From Octopus sinensis (taxonomy: Eukaryota), in NCBI RefSeq assembly GCF_006345805.1, contig NC_042998.1, positions 16,926,001 to 16,990,000 on the forward strand: 64,000 bases of DNA. The letters are read 5' to 3'. Positions 24,967 to 39,344 of the stretch are shown here, one piece after another. Both the position numbers and the translations under genes were made by a program. The stretch's first letter is position 1. Each line of letters starts with the position of its first letter. The notes below the pieces were generated by a model. The model was not told the DNA's origin. It searched no databases and saw only the letters and a list, made by a program, of their open reading frames with translations.

Positions 24967-27380
24967 CTTTAAAAAATCTGAATAAGATGCCTGTTGGGAC
25001 TGTAACCAGGTATGTTTGACAAAGAAAAAGTTCAATCATATCCTCAAAAAGATAATTTCGTCATTTGTTTTCCTCTCACAAAACTCTGTTAAACACTATG
25101 GCACGTTGGTGACAACCTTGGTACAAATTTACTTGCACACTTTGATGCTTTTGTCAAAATGTGTCCTTTCATTCAGAGAAACATTTGGTTAGTTTTCGAC
25201 AATATTTCGTTTGAATATGTACGTGTAACTGTACTAATTTTGGCGTTCCTATCAAATATGTGTTACGTGTAGTTTCATGAAATGTAATTTTACAAAGGTT
25301 TAGCACTTTACTTTCTGTAATAATCTTTTACATTTTTTTTCTTTTGAAAGTAGTTTTACATCGTTCATTGTAATTTGAATTGGGGTGATCTCTACAGAAT
25401 ACAATTTGATATTAACAGGCAAAATAAAGAACAATTATTTTTAAATCCTCACGTTGCCTTTCACCGGCACACAATAATTATTCCAAATTATTCAATAGCA
25501 GCCCCTATTTTAAATACTATACAAAATGTAAATTAGCTCCTTTAGTTACTCATAAAATTTCCTCGTAATTTTCAGCGTCCAATTTTTAAGTCGAGAGACA
25601 CTTGAAATGTTACAAGCAAATTATAATACATTTAAAAAAGGTACGAGGAATTAATTAATTTTAACTCGAAAACTCTAAGGACATAAATAAAAATTAACAT
25701 CAAAATTAAGAAATAGAATTCTGTCTAATGCTGACCTTCTATTCAATTGTATGACTAATAGTCTAATTGTAACTTTCGAAATAAACATTCCGTCCGTAGC
25801 ATATTCTTTAAAAGTTGGAATTTACGCAAGCATGTTAAGTAATATATTGGATATGCAAGAATCGCCGTTCGCTATGTTTTTACAAAAATAAAACATAAGT
25901 TTTAAGCACATTTTTATAGGCAATCAATATTTTTTTCATCTGTCAACATTCGCATTTTAAAAAGCACGTTCTTTTTTCATGCATTTGCAACAAATTGCAA
26001 TTGAAAATCCATTCTGTGAGTTTAGTCTCGTTCCATATGGGATACAAAGAAGGATAGTGTTGACGTAATATTGAATATGTGGACAACATTTCAATAACGC
26101 CAGTTGGTCAGCAAGAGCGAGGTTCATTTTTAACCGAAATATGGTCGATATCTAGATGTAAAAAATCACTTCTGACACACGTTCTTTTACAATATCCTCT
26201 CCATATACAGCACATATCGTCTTGTAAGTTTCGTCTACATTGATATTTATTATAAAAGTGCAATTGTATTTTCCCTCGACTGTCAAGTCATCTGAAGCAA
26301 AAATAAATCAAACTTTCGTTGCAAGTTCGCAACTATGTTGAAATGCCAAGTATCTAAGGAGCACGTATCCACAACGAAGATACTGAAGCAAGCTGCTTAT
26401 TAAAGAGCATATACATGTATCTGTGCATATAGATATATATATGTGTGTGTTTGTGTGTGTATTATATAATCAATTAATCAATTACTACAATATAATGAAC
26501 AGTGGAGAATTATACATGTCCAAAATGCCTTTATTAAATATTTTCCTTATATTCCTTTGTGACCTGCGACCCGTATTTCTGAGGAAAAGTGGCCTAGTGT
26601 CATTTGATATAGCAATTATGTGCATTAAGTTGATTTATGTTAAAACAATTGCAATATGCATTCTTCTAAAGGTTGCCAATCCTCTACAAATTTATTGAAG
26701 GCCTTAACCTTACAGGTGGTTGAAGCGGACTGAAAATATATACATGAGATATGCGAAGTGAGAGTACATTCCTGCTGAGGGGACAAAAGTATCAGGGTGA
26801 AGTACAATAGAGAGAGCAATGAAATATGATAAGTTAAGAGTTCGTCTTTTACTTCAACGTAGAATGAGCTTTTCAGGGAATAGGTCACTTTATTACACTT
26901 AGGCGAAAGAACCTTAAGGACATCAGGACGTACCCAAACCACTGACGTTATGGTAAGTATATTATATGAGATAAATGGACATAATTAAAAGAAATTGAAA
27001 AGAAAGAAAACATTAATATTGTTTCACTCGGGTAATTTAACCAGATCATAGCAAAATAGTTTTATGCTATGAATATTAGAATCCACTATTAATGGAAAAT
27101 AATAAAGATAAACCCCGAAATCTAACTGGGAGTTCATTCTAGCAGTTCGAGCTAATATACATTAAAATTTATAGGGATTGAAGTATGAAGAAAATACTTT
27201 AATAAAATATTTTGAAGAAATTCAATTCTTCGTTGTCTATTAAGACTTCTTGATTATACACTTTCTATACTACATGAAATTCAATGAAGCGAACTCAGGA
27301 CATATCTATCGAGTGAAGTACAGTTTAATTGTTCATCCCAAATATGTTTGAACTCGGTTAGCCGAATTGGATACAAACAA

Positions 27381-27457
<77 letters not shown>

Positions 27458-27494
27458 TGTGTGTCTATATATAAATATATATATATACACATAT

Positions 27495-27856
27495 CGTGGC
27501 ACCCCTTCTGTTACAACGACCAGGGTTCCGGGCAACGGAATAGTCTGCTAGGGAAATTAACGTGTAAGTGGTTGAGCACGCCACAACACGTGTACACTTA
27601 ACGTTATTCTCGGGGGGATTCAGTGTGACACAGCGTATGGCAAGTCTGGTCCTTTGAAATACAGGTACAACAGAAAGAGGAAGAAAGAGTGTGAGAGAGT
27701 TGTGGTGAAAGAGTACAACAGGGTTCACCACCACCCTCTGCCGGACCCTCGTGGAGATTTAGGTGTTTTCGCTCAATAAACACGCATAACGCCCGCTCTG
27801 GGAATCGAAACCGCGATCCCACGACCACCAGTCAGCTGCCCTAACCACTGGGCCAT
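27495..27856 (-). mobile_element. tRNA-derived SINE, family C
   Basis: Minus head TGGCCCAGTGGTTAGGGCAGCTGAC...GGTTTCGATTCCC (A and B boxes), then body TTATTGAGCGAAAACACCTAAA. Confidence 0.8.
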
Positions 27857-27959
27857 TGCACCACCACATACACGCACAGATTCACACACATACATACATG
27901 AGTGATAACAACTTACTCGAAGAAACCGCTCTTAGTCTCCATCACGGCCACAAAACGAC

Positions 27960-28330
27960 TCCACTAGCGGATGCATGCATTGTTCATTGTTTTCCTGGGG
28001 TTTATTTTCGAAAATCTTCTTCATCATGCTCACCACCTTGACCTTTGTAGTGCAGACTGAGTGGTTGATGTCGTTCTCTACTGTTCCTTCCACTCAATAA
28101 TCCATAGGATTACAATCGGGGGAATCTGGACGCCAGAAATTGGAGCAGAAGCCGACTATAACTTTTGATAGTTTCCAGAGGTAGGGCAAGAGGGCGAAAC
28201 CTCCCGCCACGTATATAGCCATCCAACAGGAACAATTTCTAACCAGCGTCGACCACTGTCTCCAGGCACTTCAAGTAGCTGTCTAACTGGAACCTATTGT
28301 CCTGTTTCTCAGCTTACGGTTCTTTTGACT
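27960..28330 (-). mobile_element. Tc1/mariner transposase fragment
   Basis: Minus translation NFWRPDSPDCNPMDY (WPPxSPDxNPxDY motif). Confidence 0.65.
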
Positions 28331-31129
28331 TTAAGTAATTTTGAAACTAGATCTTATAGATTCATAAAAGACTTAAATATTTTGCATAATTTATGAAATT
28401 TCAGCAAATCGCTGCTTCTGTATCAACGCAGCATGTCAAAAATGATGCTAATTTTAAAATTTTGAATGTGACAATATAAAAGAGTTTTGCAGGATGAATA
28501 GCATATAAAGAGATATCAATGGATAAGTACTACATTTCAACTAATTGCAAATATCTGTCAACAATATTTGGAGTTAGTATGGAAAGTATAAAAGAATGAT
28601 GACATCAGTCATAAAGCCATTAAAATAAGATGAAAAGTATAGATTTCGCGTCGGAAAAATATATCACATCGTATTTATATGTAACTATATATGATGTCAT
28701 TTAGCTGGCCTATGGATTAAGAGTTATAAGTACTACTTCATCACTTTTTGTAAATAAGTACATCGGTTATTATAATAACAGTGAAATAAAAAAAATGCAT
28801 CAAGCTTTCCCAATTGACATTTTGAGGAGAATGCATTTTGATGGTTGGGTAATAAAATATAAAATTTGAAAATGAAACTTCAAAATATTGGAAACTTTTT
28901 TTCAGAAAATGGAAATATAAAATAACAAATTGCGGTTTTGAACATTAATATTTTTAAAATATTTCCCTTTCATTTCACATGAAAATATTCAAAGCCAAAT
29001 TTTAAAAATGAATATTGATTATTTTTCCAAAATAAATTCTTCCCTTTGAGGGGAAATTATCTTTTATATCAAAGGGAAGGCGGGGGAATACAAAGCTGTT
29101 ATATCATCCTTCTCAATTCCAGACTCAAGCATTCAATTAATATAAAGGTGGCTCTCGATTAAATTAAAAACAATCATTTCCATCCTTTGGGAAATTCTTA
29201 GAAAATAGTGCAGAAAATTTGCAATGGTTAAATCATTGTTCATTTTAAATGGAAATTTCTGACAATAGCTAATTAAGTGAATGCATTGATTGTGCCAGGT
29301 GGAAGGGAAATGAAACGTATGTGGGTATGTTAGTAGTATCATTTAAGTTAACAATGATTTCGAACTTTTGCTATTAGATAAATGAAGAAAAAAATATAAA
29401 TAAGATCATAATGTTAATGTTTTGATATTTCCATGCTTGATGTCAACAACTAAATACATGATGCAAATTTCATCTCCGATAATATGCAGAGACACCTTTA
29501 CATCTAGTATTAGAACAACGTCATTGGTTCACATGATTAAATTCATATTAAAAATACTGACGAATAACATTTATTTTTAAAATGGAGATTTAAGATCGCA
29601 ACTTAGTTTTGTAATCCACCTAAAGATATATCACAGTTTAAATTGTTATTTTAATAAGGTATTTTGAATCGGTATAATATCATCGCATTTCAAAACGAGT
29701 GTTTATTTATATCATGTATACCATATCTACATATTTAATAAAGTTTTGTTGCGTCGATATGGAACACTTTGTACGTGGTCAATATATTAGTTTCAGAATG
29801 CTGCATATTTCCAAAGTTAAGTGTTTTCTTGTACACAATTGTTGATAGTCGGCGGCTTGGGGACGTAGAGAAGATGGAATTACTTGTAGCGTTACAATTT
29901 ATTTTAATGATTTAGTTGTGTGGAAACCATCGCTATCTTCAATTATTATTATCTGTATTATTTAGATTCTTAACGAGTCAATAATTCTGTGCAGATCTAT
30001 TTATGTTTATTTGGACTATGTGAAAGTTAGGACATGTTCAGGTTAATATTCCTTATTTTGGGATAACTTATCATAAAAAGAATTCAAATTCTGAGTTGAT
30101 AGAAATGTCATTGTAAACGAGGTTTCCTTCATTTTTAGTTTATTTGCTTCCCACTGTTAGATACTTAGCAAATCATATTCACGATTTCAACCTTTAAATC
30201 TACATTTTGTTTTTGCACTTTTGTGAATACTTTCGCTGAAAATAAGATGCTCAGAAGGGTTAATCACATCATGATTTGAGCTAATCAATACGTTTCTTCG
30301 TATTTTACTGTTTTAACGTTGTATTCCCCATATTTCCTGTTGAACAGAGCTGTTACTCAGGGGGAGTTTCAGACTGAGTTACGATCAATATGCTCTAAAC
30401 TGGACGCATAAGTATATCCAAGGTTCAAATGTAAAGGAATTAATGCCTAATGATATTTAGTATTTAAACATATTATATAATCAGAGGTCTGTCACCGCAA
30501 TGGGTGTAGCTACATACGTATCTAATACGCAACACGCAACATACGTGATCAGACCTGAAGAAACGATTATATCATATCCCTTGATTGAGCTTTCCCCTTC
30601 ATTTTTATGAGTTGTTGCCCATATTTTTGCTTGCATTGTCTTTCAATACATTATCTACCTTTAATACATTTATTTAGTTTATATTTGTTAATTTAAAATC
30701 TAGCACTATTCAAACTATGTCACGTTCTTTTCTCATTCCTTCCGTTTATATTAGGTTTCGGACACTTCTTTTCTTCACTATCGACCTTTACTTTTCTACT
30801 TTTACAAGCGCAACACTAAGTCTTCAAACCATTAGTTTTCTACATTTTTTGTTTGCATCTTTTTCTTCTTCCAATAGATTTGTTGCCCTATCCATTTTTT
30901 TCCGTTAACGTATCCGTCTTTTTTCTGTTACCGTATCCATCTTTGTTCCACATAATCAGTAGCTCCGCTAAGGCTTCACAGAAATATTCAGGACACAGCA
31001 GCAACTAACATACAAAGCAACATTCATTAAACAACAGAAACTTGTTGCAATGATCCTTTCTAGAAAATAATAAGTATTAATTTCTGAATGAAACTATTCT
31101 AATACGGGAATAATTCCTTCAAGTAAACA

Positions 31130-31540
31130 ACGCAGGAGTGGCTGTGTGGTAAGTAGCTTGCTTACCAACCACATGGTTCTGGGTTCAGTCCCACTGCGTG
31201 GCACCTTGGGCAAGTGTCTTCTACTATAGCCTCAGGCCGACCAAAGCCTTGTGAGTGGATTTGGTAGACGGAAACTGAAAGAAGCCTGTCGTATATATGT
31301 ATATATATATATACATGTATGTGTGTACATGTGTCTGTGTTTGTCCCCTTAGCATTGCTTGACAACCGATGCTGGTGTGTTTATGTCCCCGTCACTTAGC
31401 GGTTCGGCAAAAAGAACCCGATAGAATAAGTACTGGGCTTACAAAAGAATAAGTCCCGGGGTCGAGTTGCTCGATTAAAGGCGGTGCTCCAGCATGGCCG
31501 CAGTCAAATGACTGAAGCAAGTAAAAGAGTAAAAAGAGTA
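31130..31540 (+). mobile_element. SINE family A, full length
   Basis: Near-identical to 22728-23130. Confidence 0.92.
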
Positions 31541-32713
31541 ACGTGTTCTACGGCATTTTTAGATAATCATATACTCTGAAGGAAATTGTATTTTTTTTTA
31601 AAGGACAATGACAGGTTTGTAGCGAACAGTCTGGCTAAAATTAATACATTATGCTTGAAACATTTGCTGTATTAACTGAATTACACACACTCATGATGTC
31701 TAATTAATGAGAGCTGGTAGAAACATTTCATATTCCTGAAAGAGCTGTATTATGTCACCAAAAGAATAATGAACTGGCAGTGAAACTATTATTTTATTAA
31801 AAGTGTGTGCATAGTGTTTTATAGTTTCACATTTACATAAACGACGATTAGACGAGAGTAACAATCTTTTGTTCCTTCATGCAGAAATGTAATCCCGTAT
31901 ATTATAAATTCAAAGCATATTATTGATATTGTAGCTGTTGCATGGTAAGTTAACTCCAGATCATATTGATAGTTAGCGATTAACTTTAAAAAAGTCGCTT
32001 GTGTTTATTGAAAGTGTGCGTTTGTGGTCAGATAAACCAACTTATCGGCTGTGTTTATTCCAGCAGAATGTTAATCGGTTGCGGAATAGTAATTATAAAG
32101 AGGAAACATTAAGTAGCATATGGACGTATGCACACTTGACAAAGAAGAGTGAGACCATGCACATATTACAATGTGTGTTTGAAAGTGAAACGATGTTGTT
32201 TCATCTAGAATCGAATGTAAAAGCATAGTATCTGATCTGCATGAGTCAAATAAGTTGCCTTTCATGGCATTGTTCGCTTAATTGTAGAATGCATAGAATA
32301 ACGATAATTTCTGTTACACAACATTATAGACTTTATATGAAACCCTTCCCTAGAGTAGCATAGACATATGATGAAATTCCTTTCAACAATAATGTAAACA
32401 TACAATATAAACCTGCCGCAAGATACATCGATATTTTTCAATGATGGCCGTCCTTATGTTAGCAGTGCACTCTTTCAAGTTACTTTACTGGCAGCTATCT
32501 ATTTGTTTTAATGCATACCTAATATATTTGTTGAGTGATATCTGGACAATGAGTCCCAATCTCCGTAATACTGAGTATGTAGATACATAAATCTATAAAA
32601 AAAATATGCGGCCCCTCAGACTGTAATGTGATTGATTGAAACATTTTACACGTTATATATGTGTGTGTATGTGTGTATATATTTATGTATGTATATATAT
32701 GTATGTGTATGTA

Positions 32714-32825
<112 letters not shown>

Positions 32826-32998
32826 TGTGTGTGCGTGTATACCCATATATAAGTATATAACTACATATTTTTCTCACTCCGTTTCTCTTTCAACCTCTCT
32901 CCATTTTCCCTCTCAATCCTTTTACCGATCGGCAAGATAATACACCTGCTTGTTGTTCCCTTACTTGTATTCGTCCATTGTTTCCTGTGAATTTGAAC

Positions 32999-33058
<60 letters not shown>

Positions 33059-34647
33059 AAAAGAATGAAATTGCAGTTTACATTGTTATAATATATTTCA
33101 AATGAAAGTATTGTTGTTCTCGGCCGGTTTCGCTTTCGTTAATCATGACATTAAAATTATTGTGATTTCATATTTTGTGAAGAAGATTCTAGTCTATGTT
33201 CTTGGGTGAGAGTTTGTGAATGATCCAACAAGGAGAAAATCTAAGCGGAGATCATCGATGATAGTTATTACGCGAGGAAGGGGAGGTAATTGCTAATTTT
33301 GGGTGTGGCACATACAAAAATAAACATACAAAAACTTATGAGCTAAAATACTGAGATGAATTATGTAGAGTGATTGATACGAGATCATGAATGAAAATAT
33401 ATATACACAGATAAAAGTTGTTTATGTGTTCATATTTAGGCGTTTTCTAAATTTTTTAATAAATAAATTTTCTTTATTTAAATTTTTGTTGTACATAAAG
33501 TGTTTCTTTGTTGTGGTAGATGGGAGAACTGAAAATTAGTTGGAGATTCCCTGTACATCTCTCTGTGTATTCATTCACAGGTATCTGACTATAACTTTTG
33601 AAACGGCTCTGTTTCTTATGTAGTGTTGTTCTCCGCCTAAGTGACATAGTTGTCTGTAGTATAAGACCAATTTTACTTGTGCATCTGCGAATTTAATAAT
33701 AACTTGTTCAGGTTGTGGGCGCGTGTGTGTGCATGTATGTGTGTGTATGAGTAGCAGTGTATTTGTCTGTTTGCCTGCCACCACAGCTTGAGAAGCAGTG
33801 TTGGTGTGTTTATGTGCCCGTGAATTAACTGTTCCTCAAACAAGACTGATAGAATATGTACAAGGCTTTAAAAGCAATTAATAAACTCTTTGATCTATTC
33901 ATTCGACTAAAATTTCCTCAATTCACTGCCTCGTCACAAACCTCACGTGTGCTTATGCTCACATTTTTACGGATGCTTGTATGAGCGAGTGTACTTGCAC
34001 TGTGCAGATTACTCGAGGGTGTTTATACCTCCATATCTGTTAACGGTTATTTTAAATACTTTTCTCTCTGAATTGCGTGTTTGTTTTTCTTTTTTCGATC
34101 GTATATATAAATGAAGATATTTCCTCAGTCTGGTTGCTTCTCTTTCTACAAAACGGAAAGTTACATTGCAGAACAGTCATTTTAAATATTTGGATTTATA
34201 TATTTATCACCCGACGGGATACATGTGCACCACCGGATGCTCCGGAGCTTGTTGAGTGCCCCCATCCCCACCCCATGAGGAATCGATGCTAGATGTGTCG
34301 AAATGATTGTCCTGATTAATAATAAATTCTCCTATTTTCCATCTATCATCTTACATTTGTCATATAAACATAAATTTCAATAACACTAGTGTTTCATTCA
34401 GATGAGAATTTGTGTATTTTTTCGATAAACTGAGAAACGTCTTTCTATATTTCACGGTAGGCGACCAGGGTTGCCTGGCATGCGAATAAGAGTACAAGAG
34501 TTAATGAATGGAGTAGATAAGATCCGGACTACATATCTTCCTTGTGTTAACAAGTACCTCCTTGCGGTAATGTAAACTTTCATTCAATCAAGACACCTAC
34601 GGACTGACGAGTATTCTGTGATATACATATATATACACACATACACA

Positions 34648-34690
<43 letters not shown>

Positions 34691-36560
34691 GGAGGTCTCC
34701 CATACAGCCAGAAACGTAGATACAGTAGTATATACGCTCACACGCATAAACGCATAATTATATATGTGCGAGATTATGTTTATCTATACGTAAGTTGCTT
34801 TTGTGTGTGTGTTTGTGTGTGTGTGTTTTTGTGTGCGTGTGTGTGTGTGTAGACTCAATAGAAGTAGAATATTCAATATCACGTTATTGACGAGACTAGC
34901 GGATGCTGTTATACATTGCTGTTTACACTGCGCTTTGGGTGATGCCATCCGGTTTATACCTTATTCTCTCACCTGATGAGAATATTCCGTCGCACACTAA
35001 TTTACAGATAAACTGATAGGATCAGTGTAAAATTATGCCTTTTGCTTGAGAGCACAACGCGCAACCCTGTTTGGGAATCGAACCTATAGTATATCGGGTC
35101 AATCGTGACTGCAACGTTCTAACCATTAGGCCATGCGCCTTTGTGTATTCAATATCTGTCAAAATATTTTCTTTGGCATAACTCATATACTTATTGGATC
35201 AATGTTTCAATAGAGCGTTGTCACTTTGCTTTCTGAATTACATTAACGCCGGAATGAGATAGAAATTACATTATTTAAATGCCAAACCGAGAATGTTGCC
35301 TGCATATTAGAATACTACATGGCGGAAACTGGATCGTACATTACATTAATTAACTTAGTTATTCTTTATTCAAATTTTACATAAAACCAACACGTATTTT
35401 GTCCTTTTGTCCTTTCTGACTTCATTAGAATAGATACGAAAACCATCAAATGAGTTAATTGCAAACGTAGAATTTCGAAACAATCATCTATATACAAATT
35501 ATTTGCGATGTGTATGCTTGACTTGCCATTGTAATCATAATTAGTAATTGCACGTGAAGTCGTAGAAATTTGACTGACATTTAAGCAACTGTTACCTCAT
35601 TAAATATTTTTTATATTTATGTAGCAAAACAATTGCTCATATATTCTATGCATGTATTACGTACAAATATTCCCATAATAATAAGTTAACTTAACGAAAG
35701 AAAGGGTTTATTTCAAGCTCATATTCATATCCCTTGAATTATGCAGGTAAATATTTAGATAAATCTGCTGCACCTATATGTATAAATATAAAATTTATGC
35801 TTCAGATACTTCCATGTCACTCCATTACATCAGTGCAATTTTCTTCACTTTATATATAAATCCCTATATTTGGTAACGTTTCCAAACTGCAAACAATCAA
35901 TATATTTAATTCCATCTATTAATGATTACGATGGTTCAGGACGAATTTGTAGCATATTGTGGACATAAATTAAATCATTTCTTGCAAAATGTTATTGAAT
36001 AATCGAAAATTCTTAAACCTTTTGGGTAAATGCCTGAAAACCTTTTGTTCAATATTCACCCTGATTGAACTGACTGATTCAATAGACTAAATATTTTGAA
36101 AGAAATTGTCGATCCCTTTTCCAAATTATTTCTCAGAAATTATTAAGACACACAAATATTTAATACGAACTGAAAGAACTAGTAACGGTTTCAAATTTTG
36201 GTAAAAGACCGAAAGACTTGCGATAAAGATATGTCGATTACACCGATACCAGTACTCCACTGCTATTTATTTTATTCGACCTCATCGAATTTGAACAAAG
36301 AACGTAACGTAAACAATTATTAAAGTGAATGATAAATTCCATTGCTGCATTATTTTTCTGCTTTTATTATCTACTTTTGATTGTGCTCAAACTATTTTTG
36401 CTGCTGAGTTGTAGCTTAATATTTCTGATGTAGGAATGTCTAGCACAAAACTCATTTATATCACATGAAAAATTCTAGAATGCCAAATTCAAGTTTTCTC
36501 AAAATCACTTTCGAAATATTCAGAACTATCGCGCGTATATATATATACATATATATACAT

Positions 36561-36815
36561 GTGGTGGCATGTGGTTTAGTGGTTAGGGTGTCAGCATCAT
36601 GATCGTAAGATTGTGGTTTCCATCCCTGGACCGGGCGACGCATTGTGTCCTTGAGCAAAACACTTCATTTCACGTTACTCCAGTCCATTTAGCTGGCAAT
36701 AATAAGTAACGCTACGATGGACTGGCGTCCCGTCCAGCTGGGGAACATATACGGCATTGAAACCGGGAACCCGGGCCCATGAGTCTGGCTAGGCTTTAAA
36801 AGGCCGCATTTATTT
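36561..36815 (+). mobile_element. tRNA-derived SINE, family B
   Basis: GTGGCATGTGGTTTAGTGGTTAGGG...GGTTTCCATCCC..GTGTCCTTGAGCAAAACACTT. Related pieces at 17760, 35040-35140 (-) and 43841. Confidence 0.85.
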
Positions 36816-36907
<92 letters not shown>

Positions 36908-37494
36908 ATGTGCGTGTAAAAGTAGAACAACTATCACACAGAACATATCGTAATATCTGCGTATGAGAGAATTCTATGTAATGTCTGCTATGGAACAAGG
37001 AGAAACGAAGACGTCTCTGATTTTTTTATCTATTGCTCTATATTACGGACACTCAACTTCTAAGTTGTATAAAATCATTGAAATGTTTTTGCATTTATGA
37101 AAAATGAGAGCGGCAAAATTTTGGTTTTTATAAGGACATGAATATTTTCTACAAAGAGTTAGACACTTAGCGTAAGTTCAAGAAATAGGTAAATATACTT
37201 TTGCTTTTACTTTTAATCAAGAGGTTTTTCATATTATTAAATGGAGCTTATAACTACACAACACACAAAATTAACCACTGATTTAATGCATTGTTTGCAC
37301 AGGAAAACGCTTAGTAATGATATATATTTTAGTACTTTTGTTATATTACAGGATATGGTATTTTTCTGCCGTATATATCTGGGTACAATCGAATAACGTC
37401 TTCAGCTTGCTGAACCAGAATAGATTACTTGTGATATTAATTTTCTTAAACATCTTCACAGAATGACCTCAGACACACAAACACTCACACACAT

Positions 37495-37525
<31 letters not shown>

Positions 37526-37631
37526 ATATGACGTGCTTCATTCAGTTTCCGTCTACCAAGGACACTTGCCCAAAATGCCACGCAGTGGGACTGAACCCTG
37601 AACCAAGCTTCTTACCTCAGGGTCACTCCTG

Positions 37632-37676
<45 letters not shown>

Positions 37677-37729
37677 TTCAATATGGGTAGAAATATAGGA
37701 CAAACAGAAGTTTGAAAATGCACAGGGAA

Positions 37730-39200
37730 TAGTTAAAATATGTATTATTATTAGTTTAAAAGTTTTAACCTGTTTCACAGTTTACACTCATTTTCGATAA
37801 GTTGAAATAGAAAGATGTGGCGTATGTCGCGGCTGTCTTCTGACTTGTGTCTGAAGCTTGCCTCCCTATTCTTATTGGGAGTTTCGTGGCTCAGATTAGT
37901 ATACGTTTTGAATAGAGGATCGTCCCATTAGTGGAACTGAGAATATTTGCCTCCATAAGTTGAGACTAAACGGTTGACTGAAAATGTCCAAATAATAAAT
38001 GCTCTGAATGTTTTCTGTCAAGTGTTTATAGAGAATGAACACGTGATTGGAGTTTAGAACCTTTTGTACTTACCCCGCAACGATCGTGCGTTAGTGTCAG
38101 GTGACAGTATACTTAGCGCTTAAAAAGAAACCTGGTACGGTTGAATGAACATATTTCGTTACAATCAAGGCACTCCCATTTTAATCTGTCTGGTGTGAGT
38201 GTATAAAGGAGTCGCTTGTATGTGGTCCAGTGATTAACATTTAGGTTGTTAGTGGCAGAATGAGCTTTGTGTGTGAATATTTATATTTGTATGTACTCGG
38301 TTAATGTTTGTTAAGATTCGGTTCGTACACTTGTATGAAAGTATTTCCTTTGTTTATCCGTGTTCCATCAGTGGTATTCACTGAAAATAGGTAGAGTAGG
38401 AAGAGCTGGAATTTGGAAGACTTTGTTTTTGCACATATGTCTATTTGTTCACTCAATGCAATCTGTCTAGGACTAGGGTCTCGCATTTGTTGTCGGTGAA
38501 TGGTCAGCCGATTTTTTAAAGCAAGCTTTGCTCGACATATGTAATCATCATTACATCGCTAATATTTGATAGCGTATATTAAATTCCTTGAAGAACAGGT
38601 AAAGTGATTTTTTAAGGTAAAAATCTGTCTTGATTTGAATTTGTATGTTGTATGTTGTCTCTTCCATAATGTTGACCACACTTTTTCACTGTTGGTGGAG
38701 GAATTGTTAAACTTAATTTTGTACTTGTGAGAAATGTTTTAAGGGAATTTGATTGTCTTTTACTTTTGATTATTTTGTGTACTTCGAAAGATTGCTTCAT
38801 TTTGGGCGTTTCTTTTAGTATTGTGATACTCTCGTGGATAACATTACAAACCTCTGTTTCTCGGGTTGTGTGTTGTAATAAAGGGTAGAATATTAGATGT
38901 ATCTGGAGAGGTTTTCGTCGGTTTTAGTTCTTAGGTATTTATTGCTTTGGCATATTCTATACCGTTATCTGTTAATATTAATGAATATCGTATTTTAAGT
39001 AGTATTGGTTTTAGTTCCTGAAGTCTTTCATTGCGCATCTCCGGTTTTAGACAAATGTGTAGATTCTTCTTGCTAGATTAAAGGGAATGTTCTACTTTGT
39101 TCGTTTGGGATGGAATGACGAGAACAGAAAGTATTGTTTAGAATCTGCTTGTTTGTAGAGAATGTGTTGCAATGTTTTTATCGCATTTGTTGATTAGTAT
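37730..39200 (-). mobile_element. Decayed Penelope-like retroelement
   Basis: Minus: HILYKQADSKQYFLFSSFHPKRTK*NIPFNLARRI; HKIIKSKRQSNSLK...TVKKCG; SRNLIYAIK..CNDDYI..RLTIHRQQMRDP. Parallels the element at 17995-19650. Confidence 0.87.
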
Positions 39201-39344
39201 ATCCAAGAATAGTTGTTGAGTCACATTTATTCACTCACTTTTGATAAGACTATAATATTGTTATGTTACAAATATGCTACAAAAATAGAAATTAATGTGT
39301 AATTTTTTCTATATTCGTAATTTGTTTTTACAATAATGAAAGCT

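Noticed and set aside
31130-31210. tRNA genes at SINE heads
   Set aside because: A/B boxes are present, but there is no cloverleaf or acceptor stem and they run directly into SINE bodies.
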